A DNA stretch of 57,336 nt. Origin: Methanobacteriota archaeon (GTDB lineage: Archaea > Thermoplasmatota > Poseidoniia > Poseidoniales > Thalassarchaeaceae). The DNA is taken from NCBI GenBank assembly GCA_002698225.1, contig NZWD01000040.1, positions 1-57,336 of the forward strand, read 5' to 3'. Positions 9,286 to 19,365 of this stretch are shown here, piece by piece; position 1 is the stretch's first letter; each line of letters opens with the position of its first letter. Under the pieces are notes generated by a model. It did not search any database and had not been told where the DNA came from. It saw nothing but the letters and a program-made list of their open reading frames with translations. The position numbers and the translations under genes were made by a program.

Positions 9286-10503
9286 ATGGCTTCTTCCGGC
9301 GCGAGAGTGTTGTCTGTGTTACTAGTGTCAGTCATGCTGCTGCCACATGCCCATGCCGACTCGGCGGTGGAACTGGATACTATCATCAGCCTTGCGCCTG
9401 TTGATCTGGGTATCGAGGGTGCTGCTGTTGATCCCGCCGGTGAGAGAGTAATCGTCTACGGTGCCGACTCCTACATGGAGCTGCTAGATGCATCTGATCC
9501 TCAAATCAGAATTGAATTGGTTTGGAATGGTGAAGGTGATTTGCATGCGGGTGACTTCCACCCTGGCGGTCAGACTGCATTGATAGTTGGCGAATCCGGC
9601 GAAGTTCTGAGATATGCACGGGATGATCATTCAGTGACCGATGCTGGAGGTAATCTTGAGTTTGGCAATGTTGACCTTCGCTCTGTGGCTTGGAACCCTG
9701 GTGGCTCTTGGGCTTATGTTGGCGGATCTGATGGCTGGCTCTGGAGGATGAGGGCTGCAGCCGATGGAGGTGCTGAGGTGCACTTACTAGAGGGAAGAGG
9801 GGGCAGTGATGTCACAGCAATCGACTGCCATGGCACTCAGATGCTCTGTGTAGTAACCAGTGTGGTAGACGGAATTGGAGTAATAAATCGGGACCATTCA
9901 ATATTCTGGATAGGAGGAACTGGTTACCCTTGGCAGGATGTGTTCTGCCCTCCAGACGATACAGGTCAATGCGTGGCTGTCTCGGATGACAGGAATGTAG
10001 GGATAATCGATTTAGACTCTGAGCATCCAATGACTACAGAACTGAGCATAATGCAGGTGACTGGTACAGAAGGGGCGTTTACGGGCATCTCGGGACAATA
10101 TGGTGACAGGTCAATAATCTCAGTAACTCCTTTCACGCTGATTGAGCATGATCTGAGTGACAACGGTACCTTCCCCTGGCTAGAGAACTCTGACGTAGAG
10201 GACTTCGACGCCAGTATCGCAGGTCAAAGGGTGGTCTCATCTTGGTCGACAGATAGGGACAGCGGCTGGATCCTTACTGATAGGGGCACACTGATTCAGT
10301 ATCACCCGCCATTACAAACAGTTCCCGGTGGAGTCCTTGGAGCGTGGATTCTAATAGCCATCCCAGCTGCAACAGCATTAGTTGTCCTGACCTTTACCCT
10401 GAGTCTATCTCCAACCCTACAGAACATGTTTACAATGAGGTTCGGAACTTCAGAAGAGAGGCGTTTGGCAAAGCGCGAGGCGCGCCGTAAGAGGGGACGC
10501 TAG
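9286..10503 (+). CDS. Secreted, membrane-anchored beta-propeller protein
   Basis: Signal peptide ending AHA-D, repeated blades (DFHPGG, AWNPGG), C-terminal TM helix and basic tail. Confidence 0.7.
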   Translation: MASSGARVLSVLLVSVMLLPHAHADSAVELDTIISLAPVDLGIEGAAVDPAGERVIVYGADSYMELLDASDPQIRIELVWNGEGDLHAGDFHPGGQTALIVGESGEVLRYARDDHSVTDAGGNLEFGNVDLRSVAWNPGGSWAYVGGSDGWLWRMRAAADGGAEVHLLEGRGGSDVTAIDCHGTQMLCVVTSVVDGIGVINRDHSIFWIGGTGYPWQDVFCPPDDTGQCVAVSDDRNVGIIDLDSEHPMTTELSIMQVTGTEGAFTGISGQYGDRSIISVTPFTLIEHDLSDNGTFPWLENSDVEDFDASIAGQRVVSSWSTDRDSGWILTDRGTLIQYHPPLQTVPGGVLGAWILIAIPAATALVVLTFTLSLSPTLQNMFTMRFGTSEERRLAKREARRKRGR

Positions 10504-10547
10504 TCGGCAATGTTCATTTGGACTGCGTGGTCGCGATAGGTTAGAGC

Positions 10548-11720
10548 ATGGCATACGAGGCATTAGACTTCTACGATATCGATGCCCTCCTCACCGAGGA
10601 GGAGAGAATGGTCCGCGACATGGTCAGAGACTGGGTAGACAAGGAGGTCATTCCCAACATTGAGGAGGCCTGTCGCGAGGGGGTGTTCCCCGACAAGTGG
10701 AGAGTCGATTTAGGTGAAATGGGCATTCTAGGTGCTCCTCTGAAGGGATATGGGTGCCCTGGTCTTTCCTACATCGCCTACGGCCTCATCTGCCAAGAGC
10801 TTGAGCGTGGCGACAGTGGTGTACGGTCGTTCGCCAGCGTCCAGGGCTCCTTGGCGATGTACCCAATCTGGGATTTCGGAAGTGAGGAGCAGAAGAACCA
10901 TTACCTGCCGGGGATGGCGACCGGCGAGTTAATCGGATGCTTCGGACTGACTGAGCCAGACTACGGATCTAACCCCGGCGACATGATTACTCGGGCTGAG
11001 GACAAGGGTGACCACTATCTTCTGAATGGCGCCAAGATGTGGATTACCAACGGCACGACAGCCGATTTAGCTGTAGTTTGGGCCAAGCTGGACGGAGTGA
11101 TTAGAGGTTTCATCGTCGAGAAGGATGATCCTGGCTTCTCGGCTCCCGAGATGACTGGTAAGCACTCTCTCAAGGCCAGCGTCACCAGTGAGTTAGTGTT
11201 CCAAGACTGTCAAATCCCCAAGGATAGAATTCTTCCAGGAGTCAAGGGGCTCAAGGGCCCATTTAGTTGCCTCAACAACGCACGCTACGGTATCTCATGG
11301 GGTGCAGTAGGGGCGGCCCAGTCATGCTTTGACTCGGCAAAGGAATATGCATTGAGCCGGATTCAGTTTGGCCACCCCATAGCATCGTTCCAATTGATTC
11401 AGAACAAGTTGTCATGGATGCTTAGAGAGATTACTAAGGCTCAACTTCTAGCATATCACCTCGGAAATAAGAAGGATGATGGGACTTGGATTCCAGAGCA
11501 AATTTCACTCGCCAAGATGAACAATGTAGACATCGCCTTGGAGATTGCTAGAATGTCCAGAGACATACATGGTGCCAACGGGATTCTTGACGAGTATCCT
11601 GTGATGCGACACATGGCTAATCTAGAGTCTGTAAAGACCTACGAGGGAACGCATGACATCCATAATCTCATTCTCGGCCGCCACATAACTGGCATCCAGT
11701 CGTTCACCCGAGAACCCTAG
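10548..11720 (+). CDS. gcdH: Glutaryl-CoA dehydrogenase-type acyl-CoA dehydrogenase
   Basis: ELERGDSGVRSFASVQGSLAMYPI, GCFGLTEPDYGS, GPFSCLNNARYGISWG, RHMANLESVKTYEGTHDIH. Confidence 0.88.
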   Translation: MAYEALDFYDIDALLTEEERMVRDMVRDWVDKEVIPNIEEACREGVFPDKWRVDLGEMGILGAPLKGYGCPGLSYIAYGLICQELERGDSGVRSFASVQGSLAMYPIWDFGSEEQKNHYLPGMATGELIGCFGLTEPDYGSNPGDMITRAEDKGDHYLLNGAKMWITNGTTADLAVVWAKLDGVIRGFIVEKDDPGFSAPEMTGKHSLKASVTSELVFQDCQIPKDRILPGVKGLKGPFSCLNNARYGISWGAVGAAQSCFDSAKEYALSRIQFGHPIASFQLIQNKLSWMLREITKAQLLAYHLGNKKDDGTWIPEQISLAKMNNVDIALEIARMSRDIHGANGILDEYPVMRHMANLESVKTYEGTHDIHNLILGRHITGIQSFTREP

Positions 11721-11783
11721 ACATTAGCCACACTGGGATTTCCGAAAATTGATAGCGGGACTGATGTTCGGAGTGATGTTACT

Positions 11784-12545
11784 ATGGCCATAGGAGTTCT
11801 ACTCAAGCAAGTTCCTGATACTACTGCAAAGATTGGAGTGTCTGAGGGCAGAGTGGACGAAACTGCAGTCAGCAAGTGGTCGATGAGCCCATATGATGAG
11901 TATGCATTAGAGAGTGCTCTACGGTTGAAAGAGGCAGGGGGTGAGGATGTAGTCGCAATCACCTGCGGACCTACTCGCGCAGCCAAGATGCTCACGGATG
12001 CCGCCGCTGTGGGTGTGGATTCCTTGTTGCATGTACTAGTTGATGATCTAAGCGCGCTCGACAGTACTCAAGTCCAGTCGATTCTAGCAGCTGCTCTTGG
12101 ACGGGCTGATTGTGATGTTGTATTCTGTGGCAAACAGGCCGCTGATACGAATGCGGGTTCTACTGGCCCTGGAGTCGCCCTGTTGCTCGGGGCCAGTTGC
12201 GTCTCTCATGTCTCCGAGGTCTCTCCGGACGGAGGAGGTTATCTCGCACTGCGCGCTAGTACAGGTGGTGATGAGAGGGTGCAAGTATCTGCTCCCTGTA
12301 TATTCGCATTCGATAAGGGGGACGAAGAACTTCGCAGGCCCAATGTCAGGGGCATAATGATGGCTAAGAAGAAGGCCATTGAGACGATATCACCAAGTGA
12401 TTTGGGAGTCTCATTGGACAATTCCAGGGTAACTGTAGTAAGTCATACTCCTCCTCCCGAAAAGCCACCTGGACAGAAATTTGAGGGTGCTGAATCGGTT
12501 GCGACAGTAGTGGGCAAACTCAGGGATGAGGCTAACGTAATCTAG
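11784..12545 (+). CDS. etfB: Electron transfer flavoprotein beta subunit
   Basis: LKQVPDT, SPYDEYALE, CGKQAADTNAG, RRPNVRGIMMAKKK. Confidence 0.95.
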   Translation: MAIGVLLKQVPDTTAKIGVSEGRVDETAVSKWSMSPYDEYALESALRLKEAGGEDVVAITCGPTRAAKMLTDAAAVGVDSLLHVLVDDLSALDSTQVQSILAAALGRADCDVVFCGKQAADTNAGSTGPGVALLLGASCVSHVSEVSPDGGGYLALRASTGGDERVQVSAPCIFAFDKGDEELRRPNVRGIMMAKKKAIETISPSDLGVSLDNSRVTVVSHTPPPEKPPGQKFEGAESVATVVGKLRDEANVI

Positions 12546-12554
12546 GTGATTTAG

Positions 12555-13475
12555 ATGGATGTAACAGTAATTGCGGATTCTACTGCTGACGGACTAAACC
12601 CGGTCACTGCACAGTTGGTTGGGGCGGCTTCCTCGATTGGAGGTACGACAACAGTACTCTGTCCGGGAGGAGTTGGGAGCAGTCAGGCATCTGCGATTTC
12701 TGGAGTAGCAAAGGTCATTTCTGTCGAAGGTGATTGCTTCGGAACTTTCGAAGGAGGAGCGTGGGCTAATGCTCTCAACTCTCTTGCTACTGGAGAACTC
12801 ATTCTGGCAGCAGCATCGCCTCGCGGAAGAGATATTGCAGCGTCATTGGCTGCAATCAGAAAGATTCCAGTAATCCAAGATGTTACTGGATTAGAGGCCG
12901 GCATGGTTGTCACGAGGCCTATCTACTCAGGCAAGGCGATTGAGACTTCGAATGTCTCCACTCCTTGTGTCATCACTCTGCGAGCCAATGCCTTCGATGA
13001 CGCACCCGAGGGAGGTAGTGCGGATGTCGGTACGGTCAATCAGAGTGCGGATGTGGGTCTAGCAGTAAAGGAGGCCCTCGCCAAGGCTAGTGAAAGGCTG
13101 GATGTAACCGAGGCAGACATTATCATTTCCGGAGGCAGGGGTATGGGCGATCCGTCCAACTTCTCGCACCTGAATGAGGTCGCAGATATCATCGGGGCTG
13201 CCGTAGGGGCCAGCAGGGCTGCTGTGGACACTTGGGATGAGATTCCTCATAGTATGCAGGTCGGACAGACTGGAAAGACGGTTACACCGAGTCTGTACAT
13301 CGCAGTAGGAATCAGTGGAGCAATTCAGCATCTTGCTGGCATGAAGACTAGTAAGTACATCGTTGCAATAAACAAAGACCCGGATGCACCAATCTTCGGG
13401 GTCGCCGACTATGGGATAGTCGCAACTTGGGAGGATGCGTTGCCTGTTCTCAAGTCAGAGTTGGCTAAACTCTGA
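12555..13475 (+). CDS. etfA: Electron transfer flavoprotein alpha subunit
   Basis: RPIYSGKA, SGGRGMG, GASRAAVD, QVGQTGK, GISGAIQHLAGM, INKDPDAPIF. Confidence 0.96.
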   Translation: MDVTVIADSTADGLNPVTAQLVGAASSIGGTTTVLCPGGVGSSQASAISGVAKVISVEGDCFGTFEGGAWANALNSLATGELILAAASPRGRDIAASLAAIRKIPVIQDVTGLEAGMVVTRPIYSGKAIETSNVSTPCVITLRANAFDDAPEGGSADVGTVNQSADVGLAVKEALAKASERLDVTEADIIISGGRGMGDPSNFSHLNEVADIIGAAVGASRAAVDTWDEIPHSMQVGQTGKTVTPSLYIAVGISGAIQHLAGMKTSKYIVAINKDPDAPIFGVADYGIVATWEDALPVLKSELAKL

Positions 13476-14963
13476 TTATCTCACACGGACTGTGATTGAT
13501 GACTTCGTCGCAGAGCCTCTGTCATCGGTGACTGTCAAGTGGAACACATGAACGCCTTCTGCTAGTTTAACTCTGATTCTATCACTGTGGCCGATTACTC
13601 TCTCCCGGTCGTCCTCCCAAGCCCATGATGCAATGTCGCCATCGGGGTCGAATGAACGGCTGCCATCGAGTAGAACCTCGGCCTTACCATCATCGTCCGC
13701 CTCGACTGTGATATCATCTCCTGCATCAGCCACCGGGGGCAGGTTGATTGCACGCGCCGATGCAGATAACTCTTCTAGGATGTCGGGCTCTGTTTCTGGT
13801 TCTTGGGAATTGACCTCCGGCTCTTCATTGAGGGCATGGAGGATCTGATCGGCTTCTGGATCAGCTATCGGTCTTGATTCCGCAATGGCCTCCTCCTCGG
13901 GAGAAAGGGCACCGGAGAAATTCTCATTTTCGTCCTTTTTGTACTCCTGTGGGATATGATCGTCAGTGGCTGGGGTGTCGGGGTCGATAATTACCACAGG
14001 AGCAGGGGTCCCTCCGAACTTACGATCGTCACCGATTAGTGCAACTCGTTCCCCTAGTGGGAGCATCTGCTCGACAATTCCGGGGTGCTCGAATTGCCAG
14101 ACTATCGTACCATCGGATGAGACTCTGAACACATCGAACCAAGAGGCTACCAGCAGGTCATCGCCCCAATGCTCTATGCTTGAGATCTGGTAATCAAAAT
14201 GAGAGATGGATTCCATTTCTTCACTGCCAATCTGCATCTTCAACAGCGTTCCATCGAAGCAACCTACCAGGACTCCCGTTTCGGAGGGTAGCATTGATGT
14301 GGCTCTGGAGGCTATCTCAGTCGAGTTCAGAAGACCTCTTTCGGGGTGCCAGCACTCGATTCTGTTCTCAGGACGATCATCGACTGTTACTCCCAATGAG
14401 TTCCTAGCCACCATAAGAACCCCGTCGTCGCGGAATGACATACATGAGACAGTCTCAACATCATCAGCCGCTGCAGGAGTGTCGTGCAATAATTCCAGTG
14501 CGGAGTTCATCATTAGCACACTACCGTCATCTAATGCAACTGCGCAGTTTCCTTCTTTTGAGCAAGCAATAGCTTCGGGGAGCTTACAATCGGTCGAAGT
14601 CAGTAGGCTCCCTTCTCTCGAGATGAGGAGGAGTCTGTTAGATGAGTCAGCCACCAGGACTCCATCGGGATGAGCGCAAATCATCTCGCAACCGGATTCG
14701 ATATCGTACTCCCAAAGCAACTTGTCGTGGTAAGCCTTGACTCCACCGGTGCTGGTCGCCGCGACTACAATTCCATTAGAATTAGCTATACCAATGATTC
14801 GCTCATTCAGTTCGGCTGAATCAATTATCACTCCATCAGATCCGTAGATCTGGAGGGAACCAGAGTCGAATCCTACGGCGAAGTTTCCATCGCCTAACTG
14901 GCAGGAGTGTCTTGCAACCCCTGTGAGCGGGGCCGAAGTCAAAGCAGGAATTGTCCCTCTCAT
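13476..14963 (-). CDS. Beta-propeller protein with acidic linker and C-terminal PKD/Ig-like domain
   Basis: Repeated beta blades; C-terminal PPVADAGDD..LDGSRSFDPDGDIASWAW..LTVTDDRG. Confidence 0.7.
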   Translation of the reverse strand: MRGTIPALTSAPLTGVARHSCQLGDGNFAVGFDSGSLQIYGSDGVIIDSAELNERIIGIANSNGIVVAATSTGGVKAYHDKLLWEYDIESGCEMICAHPDGVLVADSSNRLLLISREGSLLTSTDCKLPEAIACSKEGNCAVALDDGSVLMMNSALELLHDTPAAADDVETVSCMSFRDDGVLMVARNSLGVTVDDRPENRIECWHPERGLLNSTEIASRATSMLPSETGVLVGCFDGTLLKMQIGSEEMESISHFDYQISSIEHWGDDLLVASWFDVFRVSSDGTIVWQFEHPGIVEQMLPLGERVALIGDDRKFGGTPAPVVIIDPDTPATDDHIPQEYKKDENENFSGALSPEEEAIAESRPIADPEADQILHALNEEPEVNSQEPETEPDILEELSASARAINLPPVADAGDDITVEADDDGKAEVLLDGSRSFDPDGDIASWAWEDDRERVIGHSDRIRVKLAEGVHVFHLTVTDDRGSATKSSITVRVR

Positions 14964-15018
14964 GATTCGTGATTGTACGATGTGACTTCATTCTGCCGCG
15001 TCCACGGGCCTTTGTGAA

Positions 15019-16509
15019 TCATGTCTTGGCGGCATCGTTGCGAACTCTCTCGACTCTAGAGAGGTACTCCTCGGTTATGCCTCCAGTCACATAGATCCCA
15101 TCGAAGCATGAGCAGTCGAAATTGGCTAGCTTATCTTTGCCACCACCCAAGCATGCCTCGACTAAATCATCCAGTTCTTGATAGATTAGCCAATCCGCCC
15201 CTATCGCTTCGGCAATCTCCTTGATGCTGCGGTCGTGGGCCACATACTCTGCCCTGGCTGGCATGTCTATACCATACACATTCGGATGGATAATTGGGGG
15301 GGCAGAGGAGGCGAAGAAGACCTGTTTGGCACCGGCTTCCTTAGCCATTTCGATAATTCTGCGCGATGTGTTTCCCCGAACTATGCTATCATCGACAATC
15401 ATCACTGTCTTACCTGCGAACTCCCAGTCGATTGTGTTGAGTTTCTTCTTCACTGAGTCCTTCCTCATTGATTGCCCTGGCATGATGAATGTCCTTCCTA
15501 TGTAGCGATTCTTCACGAAGCCTTCTCGATAATCGACTCCGAGTGTTCGAGCCATTTCCATGGCGGCAATCCTGCCACTATCTGGGACAGGAATGATTGC
15601 GTCGATTCCATGGTCGGGGCGCTCTTTGAGGACCCTACTAGCCAGTGCAGCCCCCATGCGCAGACGGGCCCCATGAACCGAAATTCCATCTATGGTAGAG
15701 TCGGGGCGAGCGAAGTAAACATGCTCGAAGATACATGGAGTATAGGCCGGCTCGGAGTGACATTGTTTGGCTGAGAACGCGCCGTCAACCCTTGCGATTA
15801 CTGCCTCTCCTGGTGCTATATCTCGCTCGGGGGTGAAGCCTAAGGCAGCGCATGCAACGCTCTCTGAGGTGAACATTCGTTCAGTGAAACCTTCATTTTC
15901 GCACACTCCCATGAATAGGGGTCTGATTCCATGCGGATCCCTGAATGCTACAAGTCCCCATCCGGTAATCATCGCGATTACGCTGTAACTACCCTCTACT
16001 CTCAGATGAGTCCTCTCTACAGCCCGGAAGATGTCGTCTTCGGAAAGAGCATCGAGCCCACCGGGCCTACCATTGACTGACCTCTGGATCTCGGCAGCGA
16101 ACAGGTTGAGCAGCGCCTCCGAGTCAGAACTGGTGTTGATTCTCCTGTGGTCATACTCCAATAGGCCGTTGATGATGTCCGTTGTGTTGTTCAGATTGCC
16201 ATTGTGAGCGAGGCTGACTCCAAAGGGTGTGTTTGTGTAGAACGGTTGCGCCTCGGCTACTGAACTGGATCCCGCAGTGGGATAACGGACATGACCCATT
16301 CCCATGTGGCCAAGTAGATTCGACATGTGCTTGGCCCTGAAAACATCCCTGACAAGGCCATTCGCACGCCTGTGATAGATATTCTCAGAATCGCTCGTGA
16401 CTATACCTGCTGCATCCTGTCCACGGTGCTGTAGGACTAGCATGCCATCGTAGATGCTGCTCGCTACCTGAGTAAGCGGATGTCCCAAGATGCCGATGAT
16501 ACCGCACAT
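15019..16509 (-). CDS. purF: Amidophosphoribosyltransferase
   Basis: MCGIIG (Ntn Cys, true start 16509), LQHRGQDAAG, HVRYPTAG, HNGNL, CIFEHVYFARPDS, VDDSIVRGNT. Confidence 0.97.
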   Translation of the reverse strand: MCGIIGILGHPLTQVASSIYDGMLVLQHRGQDAAGIVTSDSENIYHRRANGLVRDVFRAKHMSNLLGHMGMGHVRYPTAGSSSVAEAQPFYTNTPFGVSLAHNGNLNNTTDIINGLLEYDHRRINTSSDSEALLNLFAAEIQRSVNGRPGGLDALSEDDIFRAVERTHLRVEGSYSVIAMITGWGLVAFRDPHGIRPLFMGVCENEGFTERMFTSESVACAALGFTPERDIAPGEAVIARVDGAFSAKQCHSEPAYTPCIFEHVYFARPDSTIDGISVHGARLRMGAALASRVLKERPDHGIDAIIPVPDSGRIAAMEMARTLGVDYREGFVKNRYIGRTFIMPGQSMRKDSVKKKLNTIDWEFAGKTVMIVDDSIVRGNTSRRIIEMAKEAGAKQVFFASSAPPIIHPNVYGIDMPARAEYVAHDRSIKEIAEAIGADWLIYQELDDLVEACLGGGKDKLANFDCSCFDGIYVTGGITEEYLSRVERVRNDAAKT

Positions 16510-16555
16510 CGGATAACGCTCCGCGCTGGCGGTCAGGGACTTAGCACTTTCCGGG

Positions 16556-16741
16556 TCACTTGCCTGAGCCCATGGAACGTGAACGTTTGTTCCATCTGTA
16601 CTTTCGAATCCTAGCAGTGGCCCCATAGCCGCAATGGGCACAGACGCTCTTGGTCTTGTGATATGAGTGTCTACCGCAGCGTCTACATCTGATGTGAGTG
16701 GACTTCTGCCTCTTTCCCATGCTGGGTGTTCCTTTTGACAT
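16556..16741 (-). CDS. rpl37e: 50S ribosomal protein L37e
   Basis: [28 protein letters not shown]...CAHCGYG. Confidence 0.97.
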   Translation of the reverse strand: MSKGTPSMGKRQKSTHIRCRRCGRHSYHKTKSVCAHCGYGATARIRKYRWNKRSRSMGSGK

Positions 16742-16806
16742 CACTACCACCTAGGACAGCGCGGCGACCGAAGGGAGTGTTATGAGAGTTGCCCAATAGA
16801 GTTGCA

Positions 16807-17163
16807 TCACTCGGAGCCAGATTCGGCATCTGAAAGCGCAATCAGGGGGTCGTCGGGACGCCGCTTGAGAGAAGCTTGTATGATGAGTACAGTAAGGACT
16901 GAGAATGCGATGTAAATCAAATCGAACATCGAAAGCGCACCGTCTATGAGATTAGTCCTCAATGCCACCAAGTCGAATGAGACTCCATTAAAGATAGAAT
17001 GTAAATAGGTCGAAGCGAAGATAACCGCAGTGGTTACTGCGATTGGGATAGCCGGACGATGATATGGATTCAGAGTACCTATCGTCGCTAGTATGATTAG
17101 TAGAGATGTCAGGGCCGCCGAGCCTAGGAATGCACTCGCTATCGATTCCATCTCAGGACTCAT
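16807..17163 (-). CDS. Hypothetical membrane protein (about 3 TM)
   Basis: Hydrophobic ORF overlapping the upstream membrane gene by 11 nt. Confidence 0.6.
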   Translation of the reverse strand: MSPEMESIASAFLGSAALTSLLIILATIGTLNPYHRPAIPIAVTTAVIFASTYLHSIFNGVSFDLVALRTNLIDGALSMFDLIYIAFSVLTVLIIQASLKRRPDDPLIALSDAESGSE

Positions 17164-17701
17164 CTGATGCCTCCAAGTGGCGCCTCAGGACGCTTCCTAT
17201 GTACTTCCTCTCTTTCTCCGATAGAGGCTCTGTTTCGGGCTCAGTAGGAGTCCTGCGTTCGGTGAATCTGACAGACAGAGCAAAGACAGTGATTGCCAAT
17301 ACGACTCCGAGAATAGAACTCACCCATGACAAAATCTCTACCATAGTCAATTTAGGGATTATTGCTAGCATCAAGTACCAGGCAGAGAACACAAATACCC
17401 AGCCCACAAACAGTGGCAATGGCTTTCGATCCGAGTAAGTTGGCGCACCTGAAAGAACCAATGTAGTTCCCAATACTGCCGATGCAAGCCACGGTCCTGC
17501 ATCCATGGCAGTTTCCATAAGAAGTAACTCCGGCTCAGGTGGCTGCTTTGTGTGTAGCAGTATCAAAGCAAGACCTAGTACAGCAACCGGCGCCCCTACA
17601 GGGTGTCTCCTGAAGGCAGGACCTGTCCTGTGCATGGCGAATCCGATAGCAGCAAGACAGAAACCCCCCCAGACCTGAACCGCAGCCAATGACACATACA
17701 T
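17153..17701 (-). CDS. Hypothetical membrane protein (about 5 TM)
   Basis: Several hydrophobic helices and a charged C-terminal tail. Confidence 0.6.
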   Translation of the reverse strand: MYVSLAAVQVWGGFCLAAIGFAMHRTGPAFRRHPVGAPVAVLGLALILLHTKQPPEPELLLMETAMDAGPWLASAVLGTTLVLSGAPTYSDRKPLPLFVGWVFVFSAWYLMLAIIPKLTMVEILSWVSSILGVVLAITVFALSVRFTERRTPTEPETEPLSEKERKYIGSVLRRHLEASDES

Positions 17702-17826
17702 TGGCGAGCAATGGCATTACATCGTATTTGTGACTCCTGACTGCCACATTCGCTCCGCAGTACCCGCGATAGAGTTCATAAACGGGTCATCGGTGGCCGC
17801 GATGTCGTAGGACGCGAAGTGAGCCC

Positions 17827-18108
17827 ATGGTCAAGATGCCGAGGACAGTAAAGCGCTACAGTCCGTCTGCTGGTAAGCATACCGAGCACACCGTTGAGCG
17901 AGTCAAGAAGCGTCGCGCCAGTGAACTGAAGTGGGGTCAGCGCAGATTCCGTAAGGTCACTTCGGGTTATCGGGGATTCCCCCGTCCTAAGCCGTCGGGC
18001 GAGAAGCCCACTAAGAGGGTCAACCTAATATTTCGATGTACTGAGACAGGCAAAGCACATTCTCCCGCAGGGAAGAGAGCTAGGAAGTTTGAGTTAGTAG
18101 ACAAGTGA
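17827..18108 (+). CDS. rpl44e: 50S ribosomal protein L44e (eL42)
   Basis: KMPRTVKRYSP, ELKWGQRRF, GYRGFPRP, KPTKRVNL. Confidence 0.96.
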   Translation: MVKMPRTVKRYSPSAGKHTEHTVERVKKRRASELKWGQRRFRKVTSGYRGFPRPKPSGEKPTKRVNLIFRCTETGKAHSPAGKRARKFELVDK

Positions 18109-18119
18109 GAGGAGAGAGG

Positions 18120-18290
18120 ATGAGTGGCAGATTCTTGAGAGTGAATTGCCGTGACTGCGGTCACGAGGCCATCGTCTTCGACAGGGCGTCCACTTCGATC
18201 TCCTGCGCCATCTGTGGTGCCACATTGGCGCGACCGGCTGGAGGCAGGGCGGACTTATCCGGAAGCACGATCATTGACGTCCTCGAGTGA
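18120..18290 (+). CDS. rps27e: 30S ribosomal protein S27e
   Basis: RFLRVNCRDCGHE.IVF..AST.ISCAICGATLARPAGG. Confidence 0.95.
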   Translation: MSGRFLRVNCRDCGHEAIVFDRASTSISCAICGATLARPAGGRADLSGSTIIDVLE

Positions 18291-18301
18291 GGGGATGTCA
18301 T

Positions 18302-19087
18302 ATGGCTGATTCCGACCTTTGGCCAGAAGAAGGGGAGTTGCTGATTTGCATAGTCAGTAGCGTCAAGGAAAACGGCGCTTACTTGAAACTCGAAGGTTAC
18401 GAGGGAAGAACGGGGTTCGTCTTCATCGGAGAGGTCGCATCCGGCTGGGTCAAGAACATCAGCACTCACCTAAGGGAAGGCCAGAGGGTGGTCGCTAAGG
18501 CAATTCAAGTCAGGAAGGACAAGCAAAGAATCGAGCTTTCGATAAAGTCCGTCTCAGAAGAGCGTAGGAGAGACACACTACAAGCCTGGAAGAATCGTCA
18601 GAGAGCGAGTCAGTTGATGCGCGTAGCAGCTGAGAGAATCGGCTGGGACGAGGTAAAGACGGCGGCCATATGTGACGAGATGCGAGAGGTATTCGGTACC
18701 CTGTTCGGTGCGCTCGAAGAGTGTGCCATGAGTGACACTGCCTTGAGTGATGCAGGTTTCAACGGAGATTGGATTGCGGTTGTCACCGAATTGGCTGTGG
18801 AAAATATCGTTCCCCCGTATGTGGAAATCAGGGGCGAGTTTGACATCCAAGTTTGGGGTCCAGAAGGAGTTAATGCAATTCGAGACGCCCTAGTTGCTGC
18901 TGAGGCATGCGGAGAGGGGCTTGAGGAAGTCACTATCACTTGTCATTACGATGGGGCACCTCACTACAGAATCGACATCAGAGCTCCTGACTACCAAGCT
19001 GCTGAGTCCGTCTGGGAAGCGGCACAGAAAGCAGCTTCGCACTGCATGGCATCGGTAGAGGGCTCAATAGCGGCTGAACGTCTCTGA
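18302..19087 (+). CDS. eif2a: Translation initiation factor aIF-2 alpha subunit
   Basis: WPEEGEL S1 domain, EVASGWVKNI, GAPHYRI; conserved rpl44e-rps27e-aIF2a-nop10 order. Confidence 0.95.
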   Translation: MADSDLWPEEGELLICIVSSVKENGAYLKLEGYEGRTGFVFIGEVASGWVKNISTHLREGQRVVAKAIQVRKDKQRIELSIKSVSEERRRDTLQAWKNRQRASQLMRVAAERIGWDEVKTAAICDEMREVFGTLFGALEECAMSDTALSDAGFNGDWIAVVTELAVENIVPPYVEIRGEFDIQVWGPEGVNAIRDALVAAEACGEGLEEVTITCHYDGAPHYRIDIRAPDYQAAESVWEAAQKAASHCMASVEGSIAAERL

Positions 19088-19146
19088 GGCGCCTTCAGGG
19101 AGCATAGACTTCATTGACCCTTCCGAGCGCAAGAGGCACGATAGGG

Positions 19147-19365
19147 ATGGTTAGGACTCGACTACAAAGGTGCACAGCGTGCGGAGAATATGGTCTCGGA
19201 ACTAGATGCTCAGAATGTGGTGCGGTGATGGTTGCTGTGTCTCCGATGAAGTATTCGCCGGAGGATCCGCAGGGGTCCAGGCGCCGCAAGCGCATGGATG
19301 TGGGAAGTGAAGAATGGTTGGAATCTCTCCCTACAGCTAGAAAGGTGGAGAGTGAGGAAGAATGA
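19147..19365 (+). CDS. nop10: H/ACA RNP protein Nop10
   Basis: RCTACGEY...CSECG and PMKYSPEDPQG.RRR; operon position. Confidence 0.88.
   Translation: MVRTRLQRCTACGEYGLGTRCSECGAVMVAVSPMKYSPEDPQGSRRRKRMDVGSEEWLESLPTARKVESEEE

Noticed and set aside
16510..16641. N-terminal extension of PurF overlapping rpl37e
   Set aside because: PurF needs Cys at its processed N-terminus (MCGIIG at 16509); the extension overlaps another gene and looks like an ORF-calling artefact.
17535..17747. Possible frameshift joining the upstream 70-aa ORF to the 17153-17701 membrane gene
   Set aside because: No slippery sequence or homology support; the downstream ORF has its own ATG.
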